Origin: Ignavibacteriota bacterium
Lineage (GTDB): Bacteria; Bacteroidota; Ignavibacteria; UBA10030; CAVZMI01
Length of the DNA stretch: 64,000 nucleotides
Reading direction: 5' to 3'
NCBI GenBank assembly: GCA_963776275.1
Contig: CAVZMI010000006.1
Location: 64,001 to 128,000, forward strand
A model generated the notes under the pieces. That model was not told the origin of the DNA and searched no databases. It saw only the letters and a list, made by a program, of their open reading frames with translations. Shown one piece after another: positions 20,227-31,029 of this stretch. Every line of letters begins with the position of its first letter. Position 1 is the first letter of the stretch. The translations under genes were made by a program, and so were the position numbers.

Positions 20227-21015
20227 TTATGGTAATTCAATTTTTTGAATATTTTTTAATTCTTTGTCAAGGATCCATAGATTTTTCCCATCCATGGTAA
20301 TTCCCGAAGGCTCTTTTCCCGGAGTTTTGCATAACAATTTGTTCGAAAGGCTCATTTTTTTGGCATCATCAGAAATTGTCATCTTGTTTACGCTTCCCCG
20401 GAAAATCCCATTATTATATGCAAGGATGTATAAAGTCTTTCCGTCGGTGGCAAGTCCTCTCGGCAAGCACTCGGCAAACACCCACATGATGAGTTTACCT
20501 GTCGCGGCATCCATTTTTAAAATCTTGCTTGACCAGCCGGCGCTGAGTGCGACCCATAAAAAATTCCCCTTGCAGGCGATTGCACCGATTGTAGTATGCT
20601 CTTTATCGCCATCGATTGGTACCTCGAAAGATTTCAGTACCGCTCCCGATCCGGGATTTACCTGAATTACCTTTTTCCCGGTATTATCCGCAACCCACAT
20701 TGCCTTGCCATCCGCAGCTAATCCGGCCGGAGATTTGACAGCCAGCTGAACCGTTGCGGTAAGCTTTCCACTCTTAGCGTCATATTTCTTGATTGTAGCA
20801 GTTATTGAATCCACAACGACCAGCTGCCCTTCTTGCATCACCAAACCAATAGGCTTGATGTTTTTAACCTCTACGGAGGATAACACTTTAGGTTCGGGCA
20901 GTTGCGATTTGCTCTCGCCCCTTGTTCTCTGTTCAGAGAGGCAGGGTACACTGAGCAATAACAGGCCGCACACGATGAGTACAGCCAGCGTCTTACAACT
21001 GATACGGTTGTCCAT
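20227..21015 (-). CDS. secreted beta-propeller protein (YncE/glutaminyl-cyclase-like blades)
   Basis: Signal peptide after ATG 21015; repeated P.GLA.DG..LW blades (PAGLAADGKAMW, PRGLATDGKTLY, PSGITMDGKNLW). Confidence 0.75.
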   Translation of the reverse strand: MDNRISCKTLAVLIVCGLLLLSVPCLSEQRTRGESKSQLPEPKVLSSVEVKNIKPIGLVMQEGQLVVVDSITATIKKYDAKSGKLTATVQLAVKSPAGLAADGKAMWVADNTGKKVIQVNPGSGAVLKSFEVPIDGDKEHTTIGAIACKGNFLWVALSAGWSSKILKMDAATGKLIMWVFAECLPRGLATDGKTLYILAYNNGIFRGSVNKMTISDDAKKMSLSNKLLCKTPGKEPSGITMDGKNLWILDKELKNIQKIELP

Positions 21016-21053
21016 GTTTTTGTCCGTTTCTAGTTTTAAGTATATTATGTGAA

Positions 21054-22964
21054 TTAAAAATAGACTGTGAATTGTCCCACGTTCTGATTTCCAATTTTTT
21101 GAATAACGACAATTGAACAGTTCTTCTTGATTAATTCTCGCGAAGGAATTTTTATCCTCAAACGACAATTTGTGGATCGGGCAGACGGGATCTGGATATT
21201 TTTAATTTCAGCCCTCTTGTCGATTTGTACCCGATATACTTTGTCGAATAAAAGCGTCCGCCGGAGTTTCATCTCCACAAGCGTATTTTTAGGCAGCAGA
21301 GGTGCTTCAAAAACTAAATTATACACTTCTGGTTTGCTTGAAAAACCTCGCATTACAAAGGGAATATCAAACCAGGTATCCGGTAACACGTCTTCAAATG
21401 TCACATTTCTATAAGCAATATTATTGCTGTTGCTGACAAATTTCATGTAATCCGACGCCGAATCGATCATTGATGTATCCGGTATGGGATCAATTGTATT
21501 GCCGCAGATTGCTATGATACAAAAATGACCCGCGGTGCCTGGATCAGGTACATGCGGCCATACTACAGCGTCGGTGACCTTAAAACCTCCGGCAGGAATA
21601 TCTATGACATCAATCTCGTCGATAAATTGCCACAGCGCCGGAGAACACGATGTAGTGAGTGGTGCAAAATAGACGCGAACCTTGGCACTAGTCTGCATCC
21701 CGCCATGATTATGAACCCGTACATAGATATAGTTGTCGTTCCCGATTTCAACTCTGTCCGACCCCGGATCGATTGTGATATCGCCAAATGCTGCGGCAGG
21801 ATCAGGAACAGCTGTTTTCCTGGTGATTATATCCGGACTCATACAAAGAATACCTTCCGAAGGTTCTTTACCGGTATCGCCCAGGTTATCGCGTATGAAT
21901 AATTCAGGTTCTGAAGCACACAGACAAAGCTCGGTCAACGCTGAGTCGATATCGTCCATGATATTAAGCATCTCGGAAGACGCCGGTTGAAATGCTGCTC
22001 CCCATTCAATACCGTATCCGAAAAGTTTTCTTTTGGATGTGTTAGAAAAATGCCGGCTAAAAAAGTAACAGGCTGAGCTTCCGGAATCGACGCCGACTTC
22101 ATTAAATATTTGTCCGACACTGTATGACATGCCTCTCACGGCAAATACGGCATTGTGCATTCTATCGGCTATACTGACAATCCTGTCTTGATCGACCTTG
22201 AAAACAAATTCACCGTACGCATCGCCTGATAAACCTCGCTGGCCGTTATAGACCGAATTCATAAAATTTTGCTCAACCGTATTTTCCTGGTTTTCATCAT
22301 CGCCCCACGTGTACATAATTTTCTGACCATATGAATGCAGGTCAACGGCGTATACGATATTAGGATAATTATCGAGCAACCATTTCACGTTCAGGGATTC
22401 GGCTTCGGAAAAAGCAGTCGGTCCGTGATAATTCGAGGATGCCGGAGCATATAAGTAGGAAAAATCCAGTGCCGCGTTGAAATATGTAGTGGCGTCCCAC
22501 AGAATGTCGTAGTTCCTGTTGATATCTATCCCGATATCGGCGCCGACAGGCCTGCGATTCTTACGCCAGTCATGCCCGCTTTGCGTATAGACTTTTCCAT
22601 CGGGGTTGACATTTGGAAATATGAAAACATCTATGTTTTCAATGATTCGTACTATTTCAGCGGATGTGAAGCTTTTTCCCTGAAACGTTGTACCGGTACC
22701 GGCATTATATGCAGCGATCATCTTTTCCGCTAATGCCACAAGGATATCCGAGCTTCCCCATTCTCTGGCATGAGTGCCACCCAGCAATAACACGCCTTTA
22801 CGACTTACGGCGGCACCTCCTGCAATTTTCAATGTATAACTTGTGCGGCCTTCGAATGAGAGGTTGGGTAATGTAACAAGAGTACACAACCCGGGATTAT
22901 CGGCTGCAAACTGTTGTAGTGCAGTGTTAATTTCGTCGGTATTAAGATAAGGAGTGAATGGCAT
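21054..22964 (-). CDS. M14 zinc carboxypeptidase with C-terminal accessory module
   Basis: GGTHAREW, NPDG, WRKNRR, GIDINRNY, DLHSY, YGIEWG motifs. Confidence 0.9.
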   Translation of the reverse strand: MPFTPYLNTDEINTALQQFAADNPGLCTLVTLPNLSFEGRTSYTLKIAGGAAVSRKGVLLLGGTHAREWGSSDILVALAEKMIAAYNAGTGTTFQGKSFTSAEIVRIIENIDVFIFPNVNPDGKVYTQSGHDWRKNRRPVGADIGIDINRNYDILWDATTYFNAALDFSYLYAPASSNYHGPTAFSEAESLNVKWLLDNYPNIVYAVDLHSYGQKIMYTWGDDENQENTVEQNFMNSVYNGQRGLSGDAYGEFVFKVDQDRIVSIADRMHNAVFAVRGMSYSVGQIFNEVGVDSGSSACYFFSRHFSNTSKRKLFGYGIEWGAAFQPASSEMLNIMDDIDSALTELCLCASEPELFIRDNLGDTGKEPSEGILCMSPDIITRKTAVPDPAAAFGDITIDPGSDRVEIGNDNYIYVRVHNHGGMQTSAKVRVYFAPLTTSCSPALWQFIDEIDVIDIPAGGFKVTDAVVWPHVPDPGTAGHFCIIAICGNTIDPIPDTSMIDSASDYMKFVSNSNNIAYRNVTFEDVLPDTWFDIPFVMRGFSSKPEVYNLVFEAPLLPKNTLVEMKLRRTLLFDKVYRVQIDKRAEIKNIQIPSARSTNCRLRIKIPSRELIKKNCSIVVIQKIGNQNVGQFTVYF

Positions 22965-22979
22965 ATCGGTAAACCGTTA

Positions 22980-23249
22980 TTATTTTTTAAATCTGTTTGT
23001 TTTCGAAACACTTTTACACGCTTCCGCAAGCATCTCATCGACATTTCCGAGAATCTGAAAATAATAGGCATTCCTTAATTCTTTCAGAAGACTTGCAGGA
23101 ATGTAGGCATCGATGATAATATTCTTATCGTCGATTTTCCGTAAACTCGAAGTAAACAATTCAATGGAGGTGTTCTTTTGAAGAGCCTGGATGTCAACCC
23201 TACTTTTCAAATGAAACCTTACATGATATTTGATTTCCGTTTTTCCCAT
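22980..23249 (-). CDS. small protein, possible free-standing carboxypeptidase propeptide
   Basis: 89-aa ORF in the same frame as the M14 gene, separated by TAA TAA and 4 codons. Confidence 0.55.
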   Translation of the reverse strand: MGKTEIKYHVRFHLKSRVDIQALQKNTSIELFTSSLRKIDDKNIIIDAYIPASLLKELRNAYYFQILGNVDEMLAEACKSVSKTNRFKK

Positions 23250-23425
23250 AAGACGTAACTATGATTTGTTGAAATTATCAGTGCATTTATCTTTAGAGTA
23301 CCCAATAAACCTTTAGCGCCTACCTGCGTATCGGGAAATATTTTACAGATGAGTATCGCCGGTATCAGTGGTAAGGTTATGAACAATAAATACAGCAAAA
23401 ACGAGTATAAAATTTGTTAGTTCAT
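23219..23425 (-). pseudogene. degenerate membrane-protein gene
   Basis: GGAGG RBS then ATG AAC TAA; continues QILYSFLLYLLFITLPLIPAILICKIFPDTQVGAKGLLGTLKINA. Confidence 0.5.
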
Positions 23426-23637
23426 TTCGCCTCCGTCTATTTGTCACATTAAAAATTCGGATGGTTACAAAAAAATTGCGTTTTCGCCTATTTCATTATA
23501 AAACAGAAAAAACAATCGAAATCACCTTTTAATGCAGGATTTTCTACTTTATGGGGGACAGCGAGCAGGCCTGCTATTTTTGTTTTTTGGGTCCTACCAT
23601 TTTCAGTGGCGCTGGCGGAGAATGCCATCAATAGAAT

Positions 23638-23671
23638 AAAAAAAGAGCGACCAGAATATCCAATCGCTCTT
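23638..23671 (-). terminator. probable terminator downstream of the M16 protease
   Basis: AAGAGCGA/TCGCTCTT stem with a T-run on the minus strand. Confidence 0.55.
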
Positions 23672-23701
23672 CTTCAAGACCTCTTCCCTTTTTAATTTTT
23701 A

Positions 23702-23754
23702 CCCCTCGACTCATTCACTCCGTTCGCTCGCTCGGGGCAAGCCCCTCGACTCAC
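23702..23754. repeat. CCCCTCGACT..GCTCGGGGCAAG-type short palindromic repeat
   Basis: CCCCTCGACTCA occurs twice; related to CCCTTCGACATGCCTGCGGCGTGCTCAGGG near 48970. Confidence 0.55.
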
Positions 23755-23808
23755 TTGTTTTAAAGTGCGGGATCGTTGGGATCCTTACATACATCGCATC
23801 CTAAAAAG

Positions 23809-26634
23809 CTATTTTTGTTCTTTCGGATATAGCACTACCCTGATATAATTTTTCATATTGAAATATTTCTTTACCGCATCCCGAATTTCCTGTCCGGAAA
23901 GATGTTCCACAAGATGAGAATAATCGAGTATTAACTCCGGGTTTTCTTGATTTGTATAATAGAATACCAGGTTTGCCAACCAAAAATTATTCTCCTTTAA
24001 ATTGATTTCGTATGTCCGTCTCTCCGTCTCTTTGACCTTAGTAATATATATCGAATCCGGTAATGCTAGTTTTAAGCTGTCAATCTGCAGCATTGCTACT
24101 TTTATTAAATCTTCAACATTGTCCGGGTTGCAACCCCACGAAAGTGTGAGGGTGTAATCTGGTACCGGAACATGCGAAGGCGATCCATAGATACTAACGC
24201 CGTATGTGCCGCCTTTATCTTCACGAAGTACTTCGCGCAGTTTTATGTTTAATACCATCTTCATCGCGTTGAAATCGTATCGGTTTTGACGCGACCATTC
24301 GAACGGACCTGTAAAGGTGAGATTGACTCTGCTCTTCGGCTCAATTCCTTTGAGTACTTTCTTGCCGATGACCCCTTTCGGCGGTCTAATGCCGACATCC
24401 TTCCACAATTCGTTTCGATGTAACGAAGGAAGCGAAGCAAGATACTGTTCAACATAAGGTTTAAGAGTATCCGGCTTAAAGCTCCCAACAAAGAAAAATG
24501 TAAAACCGCTGAAATCGGCAAAACGATTCTTATATACAGCCAGCGCCCTATCGAGATTCACCTCCTCCAATAATTTCAAGTTAAATGGACGACTGCGAAA
24601 ATGGTAATTTGTCAGCGTTACCATTAGCGTATCTCCGAAAGCACGTTCCGGACTTGCACCTTGATCCTGTAATGTTGCTCTCCATCGATCCATGAGCGAT
24701 GCATATGCTGCCGTGTCCCTCCGTACAGACGTGGCATACAAGTACAAGAGTTGAAAAAAGGTTTCAATGTCCTGGACACTTGTGCTGCCGCTAAATGCCT
24801 GATATGATTCCGTGAGTTGTGGTGAAACGTTCACTATTTTCCCGGCAAGTTTTTTCTGAAGTGTGGATAAATCAAAATTACCAAGACCCGATACCTGAAT
24901 TATAGCAATGGCAGAGATGGCAGATACATAATCTTGATCGGACACCAGCGATGACCCACCGTTACTTTGTGCTGAAAAGACGATCTCATCGTTCTTAAAA
25001 TCTGTCGGCTTTAGCACAACACGCGCGCCATTGGAGAGTTTCCATTCTGTCACACCGATTGATTCGATTTTCTTTTCCTCAACAACCTTTCCGGGAATCG
25101 GCAGCCGGGCAATCAACGGCTCGGTACTAATTTTGTCGATGTATGGATCGATCTTTTGCGTTTTGGATGCTTCAATTAGTGCGAGTAGTTCTTCTTTCGA
25201 AGGTATTTTGAGGTTTTCCTTTTGGGGAGCAGAGACCGTAACAACACAGTTCTTTGAAGTTATTCGCTCATCCGTTAGCTTATTGATTTCTTCGAGAGTT
25301 ATACCCGGCAGATATTGTTTATACAATTCCAGTTCGACTTCGATACCGGGAATAGTCTCATTATTAAGAAAATTGCGGAGGTATTCTTCAACGAGAGGCC
25401 GTGAATCATTTTTATCCCTCTCTCTATAATATTGTTCCATCCCCCTTAAAGATGAACTTTTTTCTCTTTCAAGTTCCGAAGGCGTAAACCCGTATTGTCG
25501 TACCCGTGCGGCCTCAGTCAAAAGTGTCTCGAGTCCGATAAGGATGGCAGTATCCTTAACCGTGGCACCGAGAAAATAAGCGTCTTTTTGTCCACATAAT
25601 CTGGATTTGCCGCCAAAGGGAAACACGAATGGAGGATTCGGTTTTTGAAGAAGTTCCTGAAGACGCCGGTTAAACATGCCGTCATAGAGTCGATTTATAA
25701 TCTCGTTGCGATAGTCGGCGGCAGTCAGTACATCATGAGAATCATGTTTAAAAAATAATCGCACCATTGAATACGTCAACTCCGGATCCGTCGCAATCGA
25801 GAACAATGTTTCATCATGGTCGGGAATCGGATAAGCGAGGCGAACGCGTTCGTGGTGAGGATTTGTAAGTTTTGAGAAATGTTCTTTTATAAGTTTTTCA
25901 ATCTCATTTTTATCGAAGTCGCCGACAGCGAGAACCGCCATCAAGTCGGGACGATACCAGTCGTAATAGAATCTGCGTATGACATCATGCGGTGCCGATT
26001 CAATTATTTCTTTTTTCCCGATTGGAATCCGATCGGCATAATGCGAACGATATAAAATCGTAGGTAGCTGTTTATGGCTGACCCGTTCGTCTGCTCCTCT
26101 GCCAAGGCGCCATTCTTCCACAATCACAGGCCGCTCTTTATCGATCTCTGCATCATCGAATGCAATCGCATCAGCCCATTCTTCCAGTATTTGAAATCCT
26201 TTTTTCATAACTGCAGGTGAGTCTGTCGGCACCTGAAGCATGTACACCGTTTCATCGAATGAAGTGTAGGCGTTTATTTCCGGACCACATCGCACTCCGG
26301 ATTTTTCCAGGAAGTTGATAAGTTCCAGTTTCGGGAAACTCTTTGTCCCGTTAAAAGCCATATGTTCGACAAAATGCGCCAGGCCTTGTTGGTCATTATC
26401 TTCGAGGATCGATCCTGCTTTCACGGCAAGTCGAAGTTCTGCGCGTTTCTCCGGCTTTCTGTTTTCGCGAATGTAGTAAGTGAGTCCGTTGTCAAGTTTT
26501 CCTATGACGATCTTCGGATCGGGTGTGAGGACCTGGTCGGGTTTAAATAAGTCTTGCGACTGCGTGTGTAAAAAGCAGGGAAAAAGCAAGACCGATGAAA
26601 AAACAGTCACTCGAAACAGGTTTTTCATTTGCAT
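23809..26634 (-). CDS. pqqL: M16-family zinc protease (PqqL-like)
   Basis: Signal peptide; GKLDNGLTYYIR; inverted zincin HFVEHMAFNGT; NAYTSFDETVY; LREDKGGTYGV. Confidence 0.9.
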   Translation of the reverse strand: MQMKNLFRVTVFSSVLLFPCFLHTQSQDLFKPDQVLTPDPKIVIGKLDNGLTYYIRENRKPEKRAELRLAVKAGSILEDNDQQGLAHFVEHMAFNGTKSFPKLELINFLEKSGVRCGPEINAYTSFDETVYMLQVPTDSPAVMKKGFQILEEWADAIAFDDAEIDKERPVIVEEWRLGRGADERVSHKQLPTILYRSHYADRIPIGKKEIIESAPHDVIRRFYYDWYRPDLMAVLAVGDFDKNEIEKLIKEHFSKLTNPHHERVRLAYPIPDHDETLFSIATDPELTYSMVRLFFKHDSHDVLTAADYRNEIINRLYDGMFNRRLQELLQKPNPPFVFPFGGKSRLCGQKDAYFLGATVKDTAILIGLETLLTEAARVRQYGFTPSELEREKSSSLRGMEQYYRERDKNDSRPLVEEYLRNFLNNETIPGIEVELELYKQYLPGITLEEINKLTDERITSKNCVVTVSAPQKENLKIPSKEELLALIEASKTQKIDPYIDKISTEPLIARLPIPGKVVEEKKIESIGVTEWKLSNGARVVLKPTDFKNDEIVFSAQSNGGSSLVSDQDYVSAISAIAIIQVSGLGNFDLSTLQKKLAGKIVNVSPQLTESYQAFSGSTSVQDIETFFQLLYLYATSVRRDTAAYASLMDRWRATLQDQGASPERAFGDTLMVTLTNYHFRSRPFNLKLLEEVNLDRALAVYKNRFADFSGFTFFFVGSFKPDTLKPYVEQYLASLPSLHRNELWKDVGIRPPKGVIGKKVLKGIEPKSRVNLTFTGPFEWSRQNRYDFNAMKMVLNIKLREVLREDKGGTYGVSIYGSPSHVPVPDYTLTLSWGCNPDNVEDLIKVAMLQIDSLKLALPDSIYITKVKETERRTYEINLKENNFWLANLVFYYTNQENPELILDYSHLVEHLSGQEIRDAVKKYFNMKNYIRVVLYPKEQK

Positions 26635-26663
26635 AAAACATCTCCTTAATTAAGACTGGTATC

Positions 26664-27956
26664 TCATGATATCTTTTTGAAGTTGGGTATTTCTCTTTTT
26701 TGGCGTTTGCGTATTCTATAATCCCGCACAAATTCCATGAACATCTCGATATCCTGATTCCAATCTCTCGCTTTCCCGTCGAAATACAGAACCTTTATCG
26801 GGATTTTGTCGTGATCTCTACTTATTGCCGGATAGATAGCTTCAGCCACTATCGCGTTCATGCAGGTAAAAGGACTTATATCTATAATGCCGTCCACTCC
26901 TTTTTCATATAGGTACACCGCCCTTCCCGTGTTGATTACCATTTCGCCGATCGCTGCATACGAGGGTAGATATGGAAGAGATCTTTTGAAGATTTCGTTC
27001 ATTTCCGAAGGCTCTTCATAGCCCCGAAAATCTTCCCTAAATGGCCCCATAAGAGCGTGCTCGTCCATGCGTTGGATGAATCGGCGCACTTCAAATGCTG
27101 CCCGCGCCAAAGAAAAGGATCGACCGCTTAAACGGAGATTTTGCAGAACCTCATCAATCGTGTACTCAAGCCACTCGCCTATCCCCGAAAGCCATACTTC
27201 TCCTCCATAGTGTTCAACATAACGAATAATCTCATCATTCGATCCTTCGTCAAGTCTGCAATAGATTTCTCCTATCCCTCCGATAAGAGGTTTGCTCCCC
27301 GGTGCATAAACAGCAATATTGCGAAAAACGTCACGAACTTTTTTAAGTGCTTCGATGAGTCCATGCATGTAACTCCTGTGAGTTACGTCGAAACGAGCAA
27401 GGGCTCTTGAAATCCGATCAAGAGCATAGGCATAGATTTCATCTGTTTCTCCACGAGTGCATTCATACGGCCGGGTTTTCAACAGAAGCTTGCGGAGTAT
27501 ATCACCGACAACTATTGCACGCCATGCAGTTCGGACAAACTCTGTTTCGTCTATTCCGAACACACTGTACCCATCGCTTGTTGATGGTGAAAGAATCATG
27601 ATGTCGCCGTAACCCATTTTATTAAAAACCTTCCTGAAGAAGGGGGAATACTGTCCAAAGCGACATGGTTCATGAGTCGTGGGCATGAAAAACGCCGTTC
27701 TGGACGGATCGAATCCGGGTCGGTTCATGACCTTTAACATGCCGCCAAGTGTGATCCGCTGCGGTAGGCATTCATCGCCTGAAGTAAATTCACCCACCAT
27801 TCTCAGCGTATCCGGCGTGTTTTCAGGGAGTTCTGCGGCATCTATGTGGAAGGATCGAAACGCGGCTGCGAATATCCGTGCGGATCCGGAATGCATACGC
27901 GGGATGTACACTACCCGGTCTTTTAGCGGCCGGGTTGGAATCGATACATCGGTCAT
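26664..27956 (-). CDS. partner subunit of a CoA-substrate-specific enzyme activase (2-hydroxyacyl-CoA dehydratase-related)
   Basis: SGDECLP, PCRFGQY, GEIYCR, PFTCM motifs; ATGA overlap with the upstream activase. Confidence 0.8.
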   Translation of the reverse strand: MTDVSIPTRPLKDRVVYIPRMHSGSARIFAAAFRSFHIDAAELPENTPDTLRMVGEFTSGDECLPQRITLGGMLKVMNRPGFDPSRTAFFMPTTHEPCRFGQYSPFFRKVFNKMGYGDIMILSPSTSDGYSVFGIDETEFVRTAWRAIVVGDILRKLLLKTRPYECTRGETDEIYAYALDRISRALARFDVTHRSYMHGLIEALKKVRDVFRNIAVYAPGSKPLIGGIGEIYCRLDEGSNDEIIRYVEHYGGEVWLSGIGEWLEYTIDEVLQNLRLSGRSFSLARAAFEVRRFIQRMDEHALMGPFREDFRGYEEPSEMNEIFKRSLPYLPSYAAIGEMVINTGRAVYLYEKGVDGIIDISPFTCMNAIVAEAIYPAISRDHDKIPIKVLYFDGKARDWNQDIEMFMEFVRDYRIRKRQKREIPNFKKIS

Positions 27957-30900
27957 GAAAGAAATCCTTTTGAATGCAAATATGCTTCACAACGGGTGAC
28001 TATTCCAGCATCATTACTGTGTCCATCAAATTGGAGCGAGAGAAATGGTTTTCCAGATGCCTCCTCCACGTAATGCTTAGTATATGAATCCGGCCCGCAT
28101 TTGAAATTCGTGATGAAGATGATGTGAGCATCAGGCAACTGTTTGACCGCAAGCGCCGCCTGAAGAATCTGCTTACCGCATTGCCAATACATATTCTCGT
28201 TTACAGTGTGTATATGAAATTGATCAAGATCGAAAAAGTCGTACGGTATGACATTTATCCCGTAGTAATCGCGCAATTTTCCTGCAAGATTAAGGTTCAC
28301 TGTGGAATCATAGACATTGTATACACGACCAACAAGAACTATAGCAGCTTCGCCGTTTTCGCGAAGCGAATTCAACACTTCAGCACCTTTAGACCGGAGG
28401 ATCGATTCAAACCGATGCTGGGCCTCAAATGCACATTCCGTCGCATGATTACTTTCCATACCCGATACACCGAGAGGCCGGCTGAAAAAAGCGAGTTCCT
28501 TTTTTACTCTTTCCATTCCATAACTGAAATGAATCGTCGGTATAAGAAATCGTTCCCGCATTGATTCAAAGGCCGGCTGACAACGTGAAACGAACGGAAG
28601 CGTTATGGTCCAGGGACATGCGTATGGTACCATCGATGATCCGTTCCTTTCATAATCGATGACGTTCGGCACCATCACATACTCCACATTTTTACTAAAA
28701 AGATTCAGAATGTGTCCATTCGCAAGCTTGATAGGAAAACAGGGCTCGACCACCGTCGCCTCGACTCCTGCATCCACAACTTCACGATTCGATGGGTCGG
28801 AAATAACAACGTTAAAACCAAGCTCGGTGAAGTATGTATTGAAGAACGGAAACCGGCTGTAAAATATCAGGGAACGCGGGATGCCAATCCGCGGCTTTGA
28901 AGGGTTGCCATTTTGAATATAATTCTCAAGCAAGATTTTTTCACGGAAATCCGGAAGATTCGGGATACTGGCTTTTCGGACCAATTTTGTATTCTTGCGG
29001 AATTTGTCCGAACATTTGTCCCCCCAGTGAGTCTTCTCTTTTCCAATTTTCACCTGCTGGATCTCACAGAAATTTGAACATGCTTTGCATGTGAATTGAT
29101 GTGTGGAGTAACCTGTGAGATCCAGCCGAAAGTTCTGAAAAGAAGCCATACCATGTGCAACAGTCTGAGACTTTTTATCCGACTTCACTTTATCACGGGC
29201 AAGTATAGCTACTCCGATGGCCCCAAGGACACCATTGTGTGGCGGAACGATAATACGCTTCTTCAAAAGCATGGCGAATGCAGAAGCGACTGCGTCGTTG
29301 TACGCTGTTCCTCCCTGGAAGTAAATCACATCTCCGATCTTCCGGCCGCGAACAACACGATTGAGGTAATTTAGTGCGATCGAATACGCCAGTCCTGCAA
29401 TAATATCTTCCTTGTTGACGCTGTTGTGGATGTGTAAATTGATATCGCTTTCAATAAAAACCGTGCACCGTTCGCCAAATTGAACCGGTGCGGTCGATCG
29501 AAATGCCAGAGCAGAAAATTCTTTTACGATATTGATGCCGAGACGTTCTGCCTGTTCCTCGAGAAACGAACCCGTACCGGCTGCACACGCCTCGTTCATC
29601 GTAAAATCCACAACCACACCATCTTTGATGTTGATAAACTTTGAATCCTGCCCACCGATTTCGAAAATGGTATCGACCTTCTCCCCCTGCAAACGCTCAC
29701 TGATATAGAGTGCTCCGGTTTTGTGAGCGGAGATTTCGTCGTTGACGGCATCGGCGCCGACAAGTGCTCCGATCAATTCCCGCCCGGACCCGTCGTTCCC
29801 ACCGCACGTACTCGAATACGTGAGCCAAACTCAATCTCAATGTCCCGCAATCCTTTATTGACGACTTCGATCGGTCTTCCTTCGGTCCGAACGTAAATTT
29901 CTTTGATGAGATTGTCGTCGTCATCGATCAGGGCGAGGTTCGTGCTTACCGATCCTATATCGATTCCAAGGTAAACATCGATGGGCAAAGTTTTACCTTC
30001 AAAGGTATAGGGAACGACACGATCGCGAAGGAACAGGACATTCCCGGTCGAGAGAGGAGGAAGACGGCCATCACTTGTTCCATATGCCATATTTATTGAA
30101 CGCGGGCAATATCGCCCGGCAGTGGTTTGCGTCTTTATAGCGTTATTGGTAGCAGCAGTTGTTTGTCTCTGTCGTTCGATCAATGCGCACCCGATTGCAC
30201 CCATAGCCGAAGGGAATTGTGGAATGATGAGCCATTCGTTCTTCAATTGGAAGATATGTATGAGAGCTGCGACGATCCCTTTGTTCAATGCAAGGCCACC
30301 CGCGAAGAGCACCTTTACCGGGATTTCCTTCCCCTTGCAGACGGTGCTTTTAAAGTTGCGCACAACAGCTTCACATAGACCGCGAAGAATTGCCGGAGGA
30401 GTATAGCCCTTTTGCTGGGCATGTATCATATCGGTCTTGGCAAAGACTGAACACCTGCCTGCAATCAATGCCGCCTTCTCGGCCTTAAGCACTGCATCGC
30501 CAACTTCGTCAAGCGAGTACTTCAATCTTCCTGCCTGTTGCTCGATAAAGGCACCTGTCCCCGCGGCACAATCTCCGTTCTTCTCATAATCGACAATACG
30601 AACAACGTGATGATTACTTACATCGATTTTTATATATCTTGCCGTCTCACCGCCGAGCTCGAGAACCGTCCGCACATCGGGGTAGAGTAAACCGGCCGCC
30701 TGTGCAAGTGCCTTATAGTTATTCTCAAAGGTAATATTAGAGATAGCATCGAGGTTATTTCCACCGCTTCCTGTTGCACACATGCCGGTGATCTCGAGAT
30801 AGTCAAACACTTTACGAAATTCATCGAGAAGTGCACGCACAGTTTCAACAGGCTCGCCCCGTGTTGGTACGTCTTTCGAAAGTAAGAATGGCATTCCTAT

Positions 30901-31029
30901 GTCTGCAGCGAAGAAAAAATCAGACGTTCTGCGGGAGAGGAGATCGGCGGTCAATGGACTGTCCATAGTCCCGCAGACTGCAAGCTTGACTGCCGCCGAA
31001 CCGACATCAATGCCGACACATACTTTCAC
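27953..31029 (-). CDS. acyl-CoA dehydratase activase (two BadF/BcrD-type ATPase domains + DUF2229-like domain), apparent frameshift near 29788
   Basis: GIDVGS, CAAGTGAF, AGRCSVF; second GIDIGS, IGGQDSK, CAAGTGSF, CTVF, CKACSNFC, PCFPIK, FKCGPDS. Confidence 0.88.
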
